Source: a virus
Taxonomy: Duplodnaviria; Caudoviricetes
Reading direction: 5' to 3' (one strand)
Virus record (IMG/VR): IMGVR_UViG_3300031519_000039
Location: 1 to 46,345 of that record
DNA length: 46,345 nucleotides
Shown here: piece after piece, positions 18,901 to 29,000 of the stretch
How the letters are laid out: every line of letters starts with the position of its first letter
How positions within the stretch are numbered: position 1 is the first letter of the stretch
The notes under the pieces: generated by a model
The model's input: only the letters and a program-made list of their open reading frames with translations
The model's database searches: none
What the model was told of the DNA's origin: nothing
Made by a program: the position numbers and the translations under genes

Positions 18901-19858
18901 ATCTACACAGCTTTGTCAGGCCATGTGCCCGATGTGCGATCGAGTTACGCTTGATGGTAAGCTCAATCCGCATTTAAGTAGCGCATCATTATCTATTGAC
19001 GATATTCAAAATATGTTCAGTCCAGACTTCATAGCAAATCTTGATGAAATGTATATGTGTGGCAACCTTGGTGATCCAATGTTAGCACCTGATTGTGTTA
19101 AGATCTTTGAATATTTTCGTACACATAATCCAAAAATATACTTATCAATGAATACAAATGGTGGAGCGCGCAAACCTGAATGGTGGGCTCAACTAGCTAA
19201 AGTAGTAAACCATGTCACGTTTTCAATTGACGGCCTTGAAGATACTAATTCTGTTTACAGAAAAGGCGTAGTGTGGTACAATGTAATAAACAACGTAAAG
19301 GAGTTCATTTATGCTGGTGGAAAAGCAAAATGGGATTATCTGGTCTTTGAGCACAACGAACATCAAATCGAATTGGCACGACAACTATCAGAAGAACTTG
19401 GCTTTGTGGACTTTAGACCAAAAGCAACAAGTCGTTACGATAAAGAAAGGCCAGCGTGGCAATCTTATTGGAGAGGCAGAGCGGCCGAAGTTATCAGACC
19501 TCCAAGTCAATTACAATATCAAAGTGATGTAGTCAATAATCCATTAGAAGATAGACATAAGTTTGACATAAATCCAAAGTGCGTTAAAAATAAAGAAATA
19601 TATGTTTCGGCTACAGGGCACGTGTTCCCTTGTTGTTGGGCACACACATCACTGGCTAGTTCTCAAAATGTTTCAATGGAAGAAAAGCTTGATATTACTT
19701 CAATGGTTGCAGAAAACAATGCAAAAGAAGTAGGAATAAATAAGGCTATAGAATGGTTTGATAATATGTTTGAACGGTGGGACACTGATGATAAGCCATT
19801 TATATGTTCTGCCAAATGTAATGCGAAACAAGACACGGTGAAGTTACAGTATGTATGA
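18872..19858 (+). CDS. Radical SAM protein with C-terminal twitch/SPASM domain (rSAM-8)
   Basis: CQAMCPMC, GNLGDP, NTNGG, SIDG and C-terminal C..IYVSATGHVFPCC..CSAKC. Confidence 0.85.
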   Translation: MYTIKKVHLESTQLCQAMCPMCDRVTLDGKLNPHLSSASLSIDDIQNMFSPDFIANLDEMYMCGNLGDPMLAPDCVKIFEYFRTHNPKIYLSMNTNGGARKPEWWAQLAKVVNHVTFSIDGLEDTNSVYRKGVVWYNVINNVKEFIYAGGKAKWDYLVFEHNEHQIELARQLSEELGFVDFRPKATSRYDKERPAWQSYWRGRAAEVIRPPSQLQYQSDVVNNPLEDRHKFDINPKCVKNKEIYVSATGHVFPCCWAHTSLASSQNVSMEEKLDITSMVAENNAKEVGINKAIEWFDNMFERWDTDDKPFICSAKCNAKQDTVKLQYV

Positions 19859-20915
19859 TGTTAAGATGGTCCACTTTGAGCCTACACAAATGTGTCAGGC
19901 TTCTTGTCCTATGTGTGATAGGAATAAGAATGGTGGAGAAGTAAATCAATATCTTAAAGATGAGTCAATGACTCTTGAAGGTTTCAAAGCTGCGTTTTCA
20001 CGCGAGTTTATTGCCAACCTTGATACATTCTTTTTCTGTGGTAATCACGGCGATCCTATCTTTGCGCCTGACATGTTAGAACAAGCAAAGTTCGTACGTG
20101 AATGTAATCCTACAATCAATATGTTTGTCACTACCAATGGTGGAGCACGAAAGCCTGAGTGGTGGGAAGAACTAGCTCAAGTCGTATCGTTTGTAAATTT
20201 CTCGGTTGATGGATTACAAGACACTAATCATTTCTACAGACAGGGTGTCAAGTGGTCTAATGTTGAAGATAACATGGCTGCCTTCTGCGATGCTGGTGGA
20301 CACGCTAAATGGACATTTCTTGTATTCAATTACAACGAACATCAAATAGAACAAGCTAGAATGTTTTCAAAGATTTTAGGAGTCAAAGACTTTATTGTAA
20401 AGAAGTCAGGACGGTATATCAACACTGCTAATTTACAAAAGAAAGACGATCATCAAGCAGTCTTTCGAAAGAAAGATTCAACACGCTTATCACCACCTAA
20501 GAATCCAAAGTATCGCAATAAAGCAATTGATGAAGACTATGAATCAATTGTCAAAGCTTATGGTTCTATGGACAAGTTTATTGATGTGGCTGAGATTAAA
20601 CCGAAATGTATGCAAAAGAAAGAAATCTATGTATCTGCCGAAGGACTTGTCTTTCCATGTTGTTGGTTAGCTGGTCAAGTATATAAATGGTGGAGACCTA
20701 TAGAAGATTCTCAAGAATATAAAGTCATTCAAAAGACTGGTGGCTTTGAGAAGATTAATGTACACTATACACCTCTTGAAGAGATTATGGAAGGTGATTT
20801 CTTTTCATCAGTAAAAGATAGCTGGGACATTCATGGGGTTGGCCAAGGTAGAATGAAAACGTGTGGATTAAAATGTAATGTAGGTTTTGATCCGTTTGAG
20901 GCGCAATGGAAATGA
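19851..20915 (+). CDS. Radical SAM protein with C-terminal twitch/SPASM domain (rSAM-9)
   Basis: CQASCPMC, GNHGDP and C..IYVSAEGLVFPCC..CGLKC. Close paralog of rSAM-8. Confidence 0.85.
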   Translation: MYDVKMVHFEPTQMCQASCPMCDRNKNGGEVNQYLKDESMTLEGFKAAFSREFIANLDTFFFCGNHGDPIFAPDMLEQAKFVRECNPTINMFVTTNGGARKPEWWEELAQVVSFVNFSVDGLQDTNHFYRQGVKWSNVEDNMAAFCDAGGHAKWTFLVFNYNEHQIEQARMFSKILGVKDFIVKKSGRYINTANLQKKDDHQAVFRKKDSTRLSPPKNPKYRNKAIDEDYESIVKAYGSMDKFIDVAEIKPKCMQKKEIYVSAEGLVFPCCWLAGQVYKWWRPIEDSQEYKVIQKTGGFEKINVHYTPLEEIMEGDFFSSVKDSWDIHGVGQGRMKTCGLKCNVGFDPFEAQWK

Positions 20916-22273
20916 GAATATTAGGTGTGTCCGAAGGAAGCCACGACGCAGCATGGGCAGTCGTAGAAGATGGTGTTATATTAGAAGCACACCATGTTGA
21001 ACGGCATACTCGTGAAAAGAACGATAAGTGGATTCCCGGTAAGCTGTTACCGGGTTATGACTTAATAATTGGTCATGAAAACAAAGATAGAGTTAACGAT
21101 AGACGCGCAGCTGCTGGCCAAAGGTATTACTCACCAAACATTATAACTAATTTTGAATATAATCATTATGAAACGCATGCATGGGCTGGATGGGCAACAG
21201 CGCCTTTCAAAGATTGTGATATTCTTTGTATTGATGCTATTGGTGAAAACGAAACAGCTGCAGTATTTGAAGTAAGGAATGGAATATTCACTAAGACTTG
21301 GGATATGAAATATCCTCAAAGCATTGGTCTTATCTATTCAGCCGTGACACATGCTCTTGGTTATAAGCCTATGGAAGAAGAATATATTGTAATGGGCCTT
21401 GCTGCTTATGGCGAACCAGTATATAATTTAGATCATTTACTGAGTTTGAATTGTCATAAAGGATTAAGCATAGGCGCTATTACAACCGATACATCGTTAT
21501 TAGGCGGAGGAACACATACAAAGAAACCTGAAGATATTGCAGCCTCGGTACAACTATTATATGAAAACGAATTACTTAAACTAATTAATAAATACTGTAA
21601 ACATCCTAATCTTATCTTAATGGGTGGATGCGCTCTTAATTGTGTAGCTAATTCAAAAATTAAAAGAAAGAATATTTGGATTATGCCTAACCCTGGCGAT
21701 GCTGGTTCTTCGTTAGGAGCCGCGGCTAGACATTTTGGTCATCAGCTTATTTGGAAAGGACCGTACCTTGGCACTAATATCGAAAATGAAATCAATCCTC
21801 GTGACGTGGCTCGATATCTTTTTGAGCATAGTGTGTGTGGTGTGGCTAATGGCCGTGCTGAGTTTGGCCCTCGCGCCCTTGGTAATCGTAGTCTTATTGC
21901 TGACCCCCGTTGCGATGTTAAAGATACGGTTAACGAAATCAAACGAAGACAAAAGTTCAGACCATTTGCACCGGCAATCTTAGAAGAATATCAGTATGAA
22001 TATTTTGAAGGTCCAATGAATGAGTATATGCAGTTTACAGCAAAAGCAAAACACGATTATAAATCAGTTACGCACATAGATGGTACTGCTCGAGTGCAAG
22101 TAGTTCATCGTAATTGTAAATCTGTTATTAGACCAATACTTGAAGAATGGTATGAATTAACTGGTTGTCCAATGTTATTGAATACGAGTTTAAATATTAA
22201 AGGACAACCAATGGTAGATACTTGGGAACATGCTCAAGAATTTGAAAGAAAATATAATGTCAAAGTTTTCTAA
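20912..22273 (+). CDS. O-carbamoyltransferase (NodU/CmcH/TobZ family)
   Basis: ILG...HD, HYETHA, GGCALN, GDAG, EFGPRALGNRS, RPFAP, HIDGTARVQ and LLNTSLN. Confidence 0.9.
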   Translation: MRILGVSEGSHDAAWAVVEDGVILEAHHVERHTREKNDKWIPGKLLPGYDLIIGHENKDRVNDRRAAAGQRYYSPNIITNFEYNHYETHAWAGWATAPFKDCDILCIDAIGENETAAVFEVRNGIFTKTWDMKYPQSIGLIYSAVTHALGYKPMEEEYIVMGLAAYGEPVYNLDHLLSLNCHKGLSIGAITTDTSLLGGGTHTKKPEDIAASVQLLYENELLKLINKYCKHPNLILMGGCALNCVANSKIKRKNIWIMPNPGDAGSSLGAAARHFGHQLIWKGPYLGTNIENEINPRDVARYLFEHSVCGVANGRAEFGPRALGNRSLIADPRCDVKDTVNEIKRRQKFRPFAPAILEEYQYEYFEGPMNEYMQFTAKAKHDYKSVTHIDGTARVQVVHRNCKSVIRPILEEWYELTGCPMLLNTSLNIKGQPMVDTWEHAQEFERKYNVKVF

Positions 22274-23141
22274 AAAATTATTAATTGCAGGCGGCTGTAG
22301 CTGGACATCTCCATGGGAACCGTATTATAAAGAAGCTGGCATGAAAGCTGTTTGGCCGAATCACGTAGCTGACTGGTTTGAATGGGATCTATTAAATGTT
22401 GGTCATGGTGGTGCATCTAATGATATGATTCATAATAGAGTGATTGACGCTATTACAGAAAACGAAGATAGAGATATTGTTGTAATGGTTGCATGGTCTC
22501 AAGCTATGAGATTGGCTATTTTTGATATGCCAATAGCACAAATGACTTTTAATGTATTCATGCCAGATTTATCGCCACCATTTGGTAAAGGAAAAACAGA
22601 TTGTCAGCAAGCGCTAAGAACGTTATTGCAACATCATGTTCATGAGTTTGGCGGAGATCTTATTGGTCCAGACAGTATAGACGGAACTACAGGTGTCCCA
22701 GTTGGAGTATCTCGATCTGATCACTACCGCATGATTGCTCGGTGGTCAATACGGCACATCTATATGCTAAATGAATACTGTATATCTAAAGGCATTCCAA
22801 TTATTCATCACAGAGCACTCAATATACTAAATGGCATTGAATGGGTAATGGATCCTGAAGTCAATATGAAAAACAGAAATAAAGTTTATGAAGCTGTTAA
22901 CGATGACAGCCGAATCAATATCATCTATAACAAAATAAAAACATGGGATAACGTAGTCGGCCCACATTTATTTGAGCCTGAAAGCTCATGCTATGAATTA
23001 TATCCACAATACTTTCTTAGTAGACAAGAACAACACCCAAATGCTAGAGGAATGCAATTGATTGCTCATAGTTTTGTAAATAAGTTCATTGAACGATATG
23101 AAGAAAAAGCAAAGACCGAAGCGGATTATGTCTATGACTAG
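22257..23141 (+). CDS. SGNH/GDSL-like hydrolase or acyltransferase-like protein (paralog 1)
   Basis: Block I-like GGCSWT, block II-like GGASN and block V-like HPN. Start taken at ATG 22257. Confidence 0.55.
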   Translation: MSKFSKKLLIAGGCSWTSPWEPYYKEAGMKAVWPNHVADWFEWDLLNVGHGGASNDMIHNRVIDAITENEDRDIVVMVAWSQAMRLAIFDMPIAQMTFNVFMPDLSPPFGKGKTDCQQALRTLLQHHVHEFGGDLIGPDSIDGTTGVPVGVSRSDHYRMIARWSIRHIYMLNEYCISKGIPIIHHRALNILNGIEWVMDPEVNMKNRNKVYEAVNDDSRINIIYNKIKTWDNVVGPHLFEPESSCYELYPQYFLSRQEQHPNARGMQLIAHSFVNKFIERYEEKAKTEADYVYD

Positions 23142-23835
23142 ACTACTTATAACTGGCGGTTGCAGCATCACTGATCAAAAAACAAACGATTATTTGTATG
23201 AAGGCGGAGTGTTTACTTGGCCAACAGCAGTAGCTGATTATATGGAATCTAAATTACTCAATGTAGCAAAGCGTGGTAGAGGCAATGACTACATAGAAAA
23301 TATGATATTTGACGCAATATTAGAAAATCATGATAAGTATGATTGCACTGTAATGGTGTATTGGACCGAAGCATATAGAGTAAATCTTTTCGATACTGAT
23401 ACACTTTGGGATTATAGCCGTGGAAATCAAAACGAATTAATGTATCAAGGTATTTGTCAAAAAGATGCTATTAATATGTCTTTTCGTAATATGAGAAGAT
23501 TAAAGTTAGTATGTGATAGCTTCAATATTCCATGTTATTACCGATTAAATCAAGGGTTTCATGCTAAAGTAAAAGGTCAAGAAGATGTGTATGATTGGCT
23601 AGCTGATCACCCTGCTATAACTGAATTTAATTTATCTTACGCTGAAGTTTTATCTGGTAGATTATCTAATCATAATGATAAAAATAAACATCAATGGCAA
23701 ACTTTACCAGATGCGCATCCTAATCAAAAAGGTCAAGATGAAATAGCAAAAATGTTTATAGATACGATGAATGGCACAATTTTAGACGATATTGAGCCAA
23801 CACCGTTATTAATTGATAGGTTTGTTTATGACTAA
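23134..23835 (+). CDS. SGNH/GDSL-like protein (paralog 2)
   Basis: GGCSIT, GRGN and DAHPN. Start overlaps the upstream stop. Confidence 0.55.
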   Translation: MTRLLITGGCSITDQKTNDYLYEGGVFTWPTAVADYMESKLLNVAKRGRGNDYIENMIFDAILENHDKYDCTVMVYWTEAYRVNLFDTDTLWDYSRGNQNELMYQGICQKDAINMSFRNMRRLKLVCDSFNIPCYYRLNQGFHAKVKGQEDVYDWLADHPAITEFNLSYAEVLSGRLSNHNDKNKHQWQTLPDAHPNQKGQDEIAKMFIDTMNGTILDDIEPTPLLIDRFVYD

Positions 23836-24535
23836 GCTTATTATAACTGGTGGTTGCAGTGTTGGAGATCAGGAATGTAAAGATTATAAAACTGAAGGTG
23901 GTGTGACTGTATGGCCAACATTATTATCTGAGTTAACAAATACTAAAGTTCTAAATGTTAGTAAACAAGGTATGGGTAATGATTACATTGAAAACACCGT
24001 GTTTGATGCTATACTTAAAAACAAAGATAAGTATGATTGTACAGTTTTAGTATATTGGACAGAATCATTACGCATAAACTTATTTGATACACACACTAAC
24101 ATGGAAATCAAAAAAATAATATGTGATTCAGAAACAGATATATGTGTGTCGTCTTTAGGATATGATCCTTATACAGTTATTAATAAAAACTTTCGTAATA
24201 TGAAAAGAATACAATTAATTTGCAATAAATTTAACATCAAATGCTATCACCGATTAGTTTATGGTTTTTCACACGGTTCTGCAGTTTTAAAAAAGTGGCT
24301 TGGTAATCATCCTGCTATTGAAGAATTTAACTTATCATATTTTGAATTGATCGGTGGCAGATGGTCGAATCGCAATAATCATATGATGGAAAACAATCAA
24401 TTGCATGGTGGTCATCCAAATCAAAAGATGCAATATGAAATTGCTAATATGTTTATAGATACAATGAATGATGTTAATATGGAAAGATTAGAAAAGCCAG
24501 CTGAAATGTCTGGACGAGATTTTGTTTATGACTGA
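23828..24535 (+). CDS. SGNH/GDSL-like protein (paralog 3)
   Basis: GGCSVG, GMGN and GGHPN. Clearly similar to paralog 2 (NDYIEN..FDAIL, DKYDCTV.VYWTE). Confidence 0.55.
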   Translation: MTKLIITGGCSVGDQECKDYKTEGGVTVWPTLLSELTNTKVLNVSKQGMGNDYIENTVFDAILKNKDKYDCTVLVYWTESLRINLFDTHTNMEIKKIICDSETDICVSSLGYDPYTVINKNFRNMKRIQLICNKFNIKCYHRLVYGFSHGSAVLKKWLGNHPAIEEFNLSYFELIGGRWSNRNNHMMENNQLHGGHPNQKMQYEIANMFIDTMNDVNMERLEKPAEMSGRDFVYD

Positions 24536-25628
24536 TTTGAAATGGAGTCAATACGACTTCACAAAAATACCACTTGATAAAATTGTAAAAGTCGGTCAAA
24601 GGACTATGCTGCATCGTGACTTGTTCACTGTGAGCTGGTTGCTTGGTCGTTTTTGTAATTACTCATGTTCTTATTGTTGGCCATACGCATCAAGCCGTAC
24701 AAAAGACCATAGACCAATTGATTTGATTCTTATGACAATTGACGAAATTAAACGTCAGTCACGTGGTAATGGCTATAATTCTTTTCATTTTAGTTTTAGC
24801 GGTGGTGAACCTACATTCCATCCACAGTATTTAGAAATTATGCAATATCTTGCTGATGACGTGCCTGAGTGTAATTATCATTCAGTTCATATGACATCTA
24901 ACATTTCACGTAAAATGAAATGGTTTGAAGAATACGCTGCAATTTGCAGTAAGTTTCACAGGTCAAGTATCACAGCCTCGTGTCATAGAGAACATGTAGA
25001 TACACAAGCCAAAGTTGCGGAGTTTGCCGACAAGTTAGAATATTGCCAAAGCCAAGACATTCAAGTAACAATCAATCAAGTGATGCTGCCGGATCTATTT
25101 GAGCAATGTTGGGAAGACGCGTTATACTTCCATGAAAGAGGAATCAATGTCACTCTTAAACCTCAGTCTGATCCTACTGCTAGTTTTATCGTCGATGGTT
25201 ATACTGACAATATGCTTGAACGCTTACGCAACGGCATGCCTCAACGAGGATATACCGATCAGAAAAAAGAAATCATTAGACCTAAACCAAAAGAACAATT
25301 AGATCTACGGTACGAAACTACTGGTGTTCCACAACATATGCAAGTAGAATTAGAAGATGATGAAGGAAAAAAGTGGTATATGGATCAAGCTGAGCGATTC
25401 AACACTTTTGAATTCAATAAGTTTAAAGGATGGAGCTGCGAGTCTGGCTATCGTAGTATTATTATCCGAGAACCTGATGGTTCTATTAAACGTAGCTATT
25501 CCTGTGATGATGAACCATTAGGTAATATTGCCACTGGATTCAAATTATTTGATAAACCAATGCCATGTATCACAAATAGTTGTGTTTCTTCTGCTGATTC
25601 TAAGATCCCTAAAACCAAAATTGTATAA
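24528..25628 (+). CDS. Radical SAM protein with C-terminal Cys cluster (rSAM-10)
   Basis: CNYSCSYC, GGEPT, MTSN and C-terminal CESG..SC..CITNSC. Confidence 0.85.
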   Translation: MTDLKWSQYDFTKIPLDKIVKVGQRTMLHRDLFTVSWLLGRFCNYSCSYCWPYASSRTKDHRPIDLILMTIDEIKRQSRGNGYNSFHFSFSGGEPTFHPQYLEIMQYLADDVPECNYHSVHMTSNISRKMKWFEEYAAICSKFHRSSITASCHREHVDTQAKVAEFADKLEYCQSQDIQVTINQVMLPDLFEQCWEDALYFHERGINVTLKPQSDPTASFIVDGYTDNMLERLRNGMPQRGYTDQKKEIIRPKPKEQLDLRYETTGVPQHMQVELEDDEGKKWYMDQAERFNTFEFNKFKGWSCESGYRSIIIREPDGSIKRSYSCDDEPLGNIATGFKLFDKPMPCITNSCVSSADSKIPKTKIV

Positions 25629-25631
25629 ATA
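25624..25631 (+). promoter_or_regulatory. T4-type late promoter
   Basis: TATAAATA upstream of the 25686 structural gene. Confidence 0.75.
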
Positions 25632-25685
25632 ATGGCTATAGGCAGGGTGGTATAACCACCGACAAAGAACTCATCGGAGTAGTTC

Positions 25686-26042
25686 ATGGCTCAGTACGAA
25701 GAAATTACTATAGATCAAGGTAGCGACGTGGCTATTCAACTAGAGTTGATAGATCACACAGGCGCGGCCAAGTCTTTGATTAATCATTCAATTGCAGCAA
25801 AGATGAAAAAGAATTATAATTCTGTAGACTCAGCTGATATTCAGAACTTCTCCACAATTGTCGCGACACCGTCCACTGCTGGTATTTGCACGCTTTCTTT
25901 AACTAATTCTCAAACCGATGCGCTAAAAGCTGGACGGTACGTATATGATGTAGAAATTTCTTTTATCGATAGTGATAGTCAAACTATTGTTGAAAGAATC
26001 CTTGAAGGCCGGATCCAAGTTACGCCATCAGTCACTAAATAG
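25686..26042 (+). CDS. Small virion structural protein (BppU-like / fibre-attachment domain)
   Basis: TIDQG..., SLTNSQT..L.AGRYVYDVEI..RILEG, a pattern common in marine T4-like phages. Follows a late promoter and contains 3 DS. Confidence 0.65.
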   Translation: MAQYEEITIDQGSDVAIQLELIDHTGAAKSLINHSIAAKMKKNYNSVDSADIQNFSTIVATPSTAGICTLSLTNSQTDALKAGRYVYDVEISFIDSDSQTIVERILEGRIQVTPSVTK

Positions 26043-26050
26043 GAACTGAT

Positions 26051-29000
26051 ATGGCCGAAAAAAGGACTTACGTTAAAAGAATTACAGTTGGCCGACCGGT
26101 CAAAAGTATTAACGAAGCTGCGTCTGGTGTTGTTATCGGCTCCGGCCGGATAGCCGGCGATATTCTTGTTAACAAATCATCTACCAATTTATTTGAGCCA
26201 GGGTCGTTAGTTGCAGGCCACGGCCTTGATAAATCGTATGGTGATAGTAACTCAAACAATATTGTAATGTCTATTGACTCATCTGAGTTAAAAGAGATTA
26301 TCGATTCTGATTATATTAAATTTATGACAGGGCAGGCTACTACTCGGAACTTTGTAGATTCCGCGTATGTTGAAGCTAACTCTCTTGATTCTGAAAGAGG
26401 CTTAAATTTATTCCGCAACGATTTAGCTGCACTTACCACTTCTATTGTTCCAGACGTTGATAGCGCGATTGATCTTGGTTCTCAAACTAAGAAGTTCCGT
26501 AAATTATTCTTATCAGGAAATACTATCAAACTTGGCACACTGAATATAAGTGATTCTGGTGGAATCTTTGTAGTACGCGATTCAGATAATAACAACACAA
26601 AACTTGATCTTTCTGCTAACTCAACAAATGATTTATTAGAAAGTGATAACTTATACTATACAAGAGCTCGGTTTGATTCAGCTTTAGGTGATACTACATC
26701 TAAAGGAACAATTCGTGGATATATCAATTTAGCTGGTGCACCAGCTGGCGACGGATCACTAACATACGATTCGGGCTCTGGCCAGTTAACATACACTGGA
26801 CCAAGCCCTGCTGAAGTAAGAGCTCATTTCTTGGCAGTTGATTCCGGTGGAGATGGAGCTTTTTCTTACGAACAAGCAACTGGTAAATTCATATATCGTG
26901 GACCAAGCGCTACCGAAGTAAGGAAACATCTTAACATTGTCGATGCTGGCGGTGATGGATCGTTGGCATATGACTCAGCTCTAGGAAAGTTAACGTACAC
27001 TGGACCGTCTGCTACTGAAGTTAGAAGACATTTTAATACTGCAATTGCAAGTGGTGATGGCTTCCTTGCTTATGATTCGGCATTAGGTAAGTTTACATAT
27101 ACTGGACCATCGGCAGATTCTATTAGATCGCACTTCTCGGCAGCTGGTGATTTAACATATAACTCTGGTACTGGTGAATTTAGCTTTAACGTTGAAACAG
27201 TATACACACAGGCTAATTTCGAATCAGATCTAAGCTTATCATTGAATGCTACAAATGGTATTGCATACGATTCAGCTAAACACAAACTATCGCTAATAAA
27301 CACTGGTGTTGATTCAGCAATTTATGGCTCATCAACTCGAGTGCCGATTCTTACAGTTAACGCACAAGGTAGAATTGATTCTGCTGGTTCTGTATTAGTA
27401 GCTGGTGTAACTGGTGTAACATTTGATTCTGCTACTGAAAAACTTACAATTAGCACTGCAGATGGTGGTTCATTCTCTACAGCAATAGGTGGATATGATA
27501 ATCTTCAGGCTACTACATTTACAGGCACAAATGCTGCAATTGATTCTGCGGTAATATCGTTTATCTCAGGCGGTCATGCTAATTACGATTCAGCTCATAT
27601 CAGTCAATTACTAGTTGATTCTGGTCGGTTTACAGTACTTACATCGCCTAATATAACTGCAGATTCAGCAATTGCCAATAACATATCAGGTAATAATTTA
27701 AATTATGGTATCGGCCGAATTGGTCAGTTCAACGCAGATTCTGCTGAAACTGTTAATCTAAGAGTATCAGGCAGTCTTATAGTTGCCGGTTCGCAATCAA
27801 TTATTAATACCGAAGTATTTAAAGTCACAGATCCGCTTATTCACTTAGCTGATAGTAATGTAATAAGTGATATTATCGATATTGGATTTATTGGTAAGTA
27901 TTATGCTGATGCACAGCAAAGACACACTGGTTTAGTCAGAGATGCTAGCGCTGGCCAGTATTATCTATTTGATAATAGCATAGATTCTGCTTCTGATTCA
28001 GTTAATACTATTAATCTTGGCGCAACTGGTTTTAGAAAAGCATGGCTTAACGTTGGTAATATTATAGCTGATTCGGCTACTATGACTAACCTAACAGTTA
28101 CTGGTTTAGCATCAACAACTCTTGCAAGAACAGCAACAGTTGATTCTGGTACGTACGGTTCTGCAACGAGAGTTCCAATTCTAACAGTTAATACTTCTGG
28201 ATTCATTGATAGTATTGGTGAAGTATTAGTTGCAGGAGTTACAGGATTAACTTACGATTCGAATACTGAAAGTATCACGATATCGACTGCTGATGGTGGT
28301 TCATTCGCAACACATATTGGTGGATTCAAAAATATAGATGTAGATTCTGCTAATATATTCAATATAGCTGGTAGTAATATTCACTATGACTCAGGTTTTA
28401 TTGGTCAATTTAGTACTGATTCTGCGCATATATCGCAACTCAATACTACGGTTGTAAGAGCAGGTGGAATTCTTGCAGACTCTGGTGATTACACAGTACT
28501 TAAAATTGGTGGTGCTCATGTCAACACCGAGATGTTTACTGATTCGGCCTTTGTTTTAGCACGAATCGAAGCGTTATCGCTTGACTCTGAAAGAACAATT
28601 AATCTTATTAGAAATGATAATCTGTTTGTTGATTCAGCTTATATCGAGCAAGTTTCACTTGACTCTGAAAGAGCAGTCAATTTAATTGATTCAAATTATA
28701 TCAATGAACGTTCACATCAACTTACTCGTGATGAATTTTCATTTACACTGACAAATGCTGGATCAGCCGCTGGTCCAAGAATCGTACTTGATAGAAACAG
28801 CTCAAGCGCAGCAGATTCTGATGCTCTAGCAATGATTGAATTCCGTGGTAGAAACGATGCGGATTCTAATATAACATATGCTAAGATCGAAAACTTTATT
28901 AACGATGCATCAGCTGATAGCGAAGATGGTGAGTTACACTTTACTATAAAACAATCTGGTATACTTAGAACAAAGATGAAAATGACTCCAACCGGTATTG

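Noticed and set aside
18169-20915. 7-deazaguanine DNA modification cluster (queC plus queE)
   Set aside because: The adjacent rSAMs are longer than QueE and carry twitch domains, and no folE, queD or dpdA is in the window. This cannot be excluded for the rest of the genome.
7528-25628. Classical RiPP cluster (rSAM-SPASM maturases with a short precursor peptide)
   Set aside because: There is no intergenic room for a precursor ORF and no recognisable RRE/PqqD domain, peptidase or exporter. The short alternative-frame ORFs lie inside real genes. Large virion proteins as substrates remain possible.
26747-27140. CRISPR array or DGR template/variable repeat pair
   Set aside because: The repeats are in-frame protein repeats with synonymous divergence. 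There is no constant repeat-spacer pattern, adenine-specific variation or reverse transcriptase.
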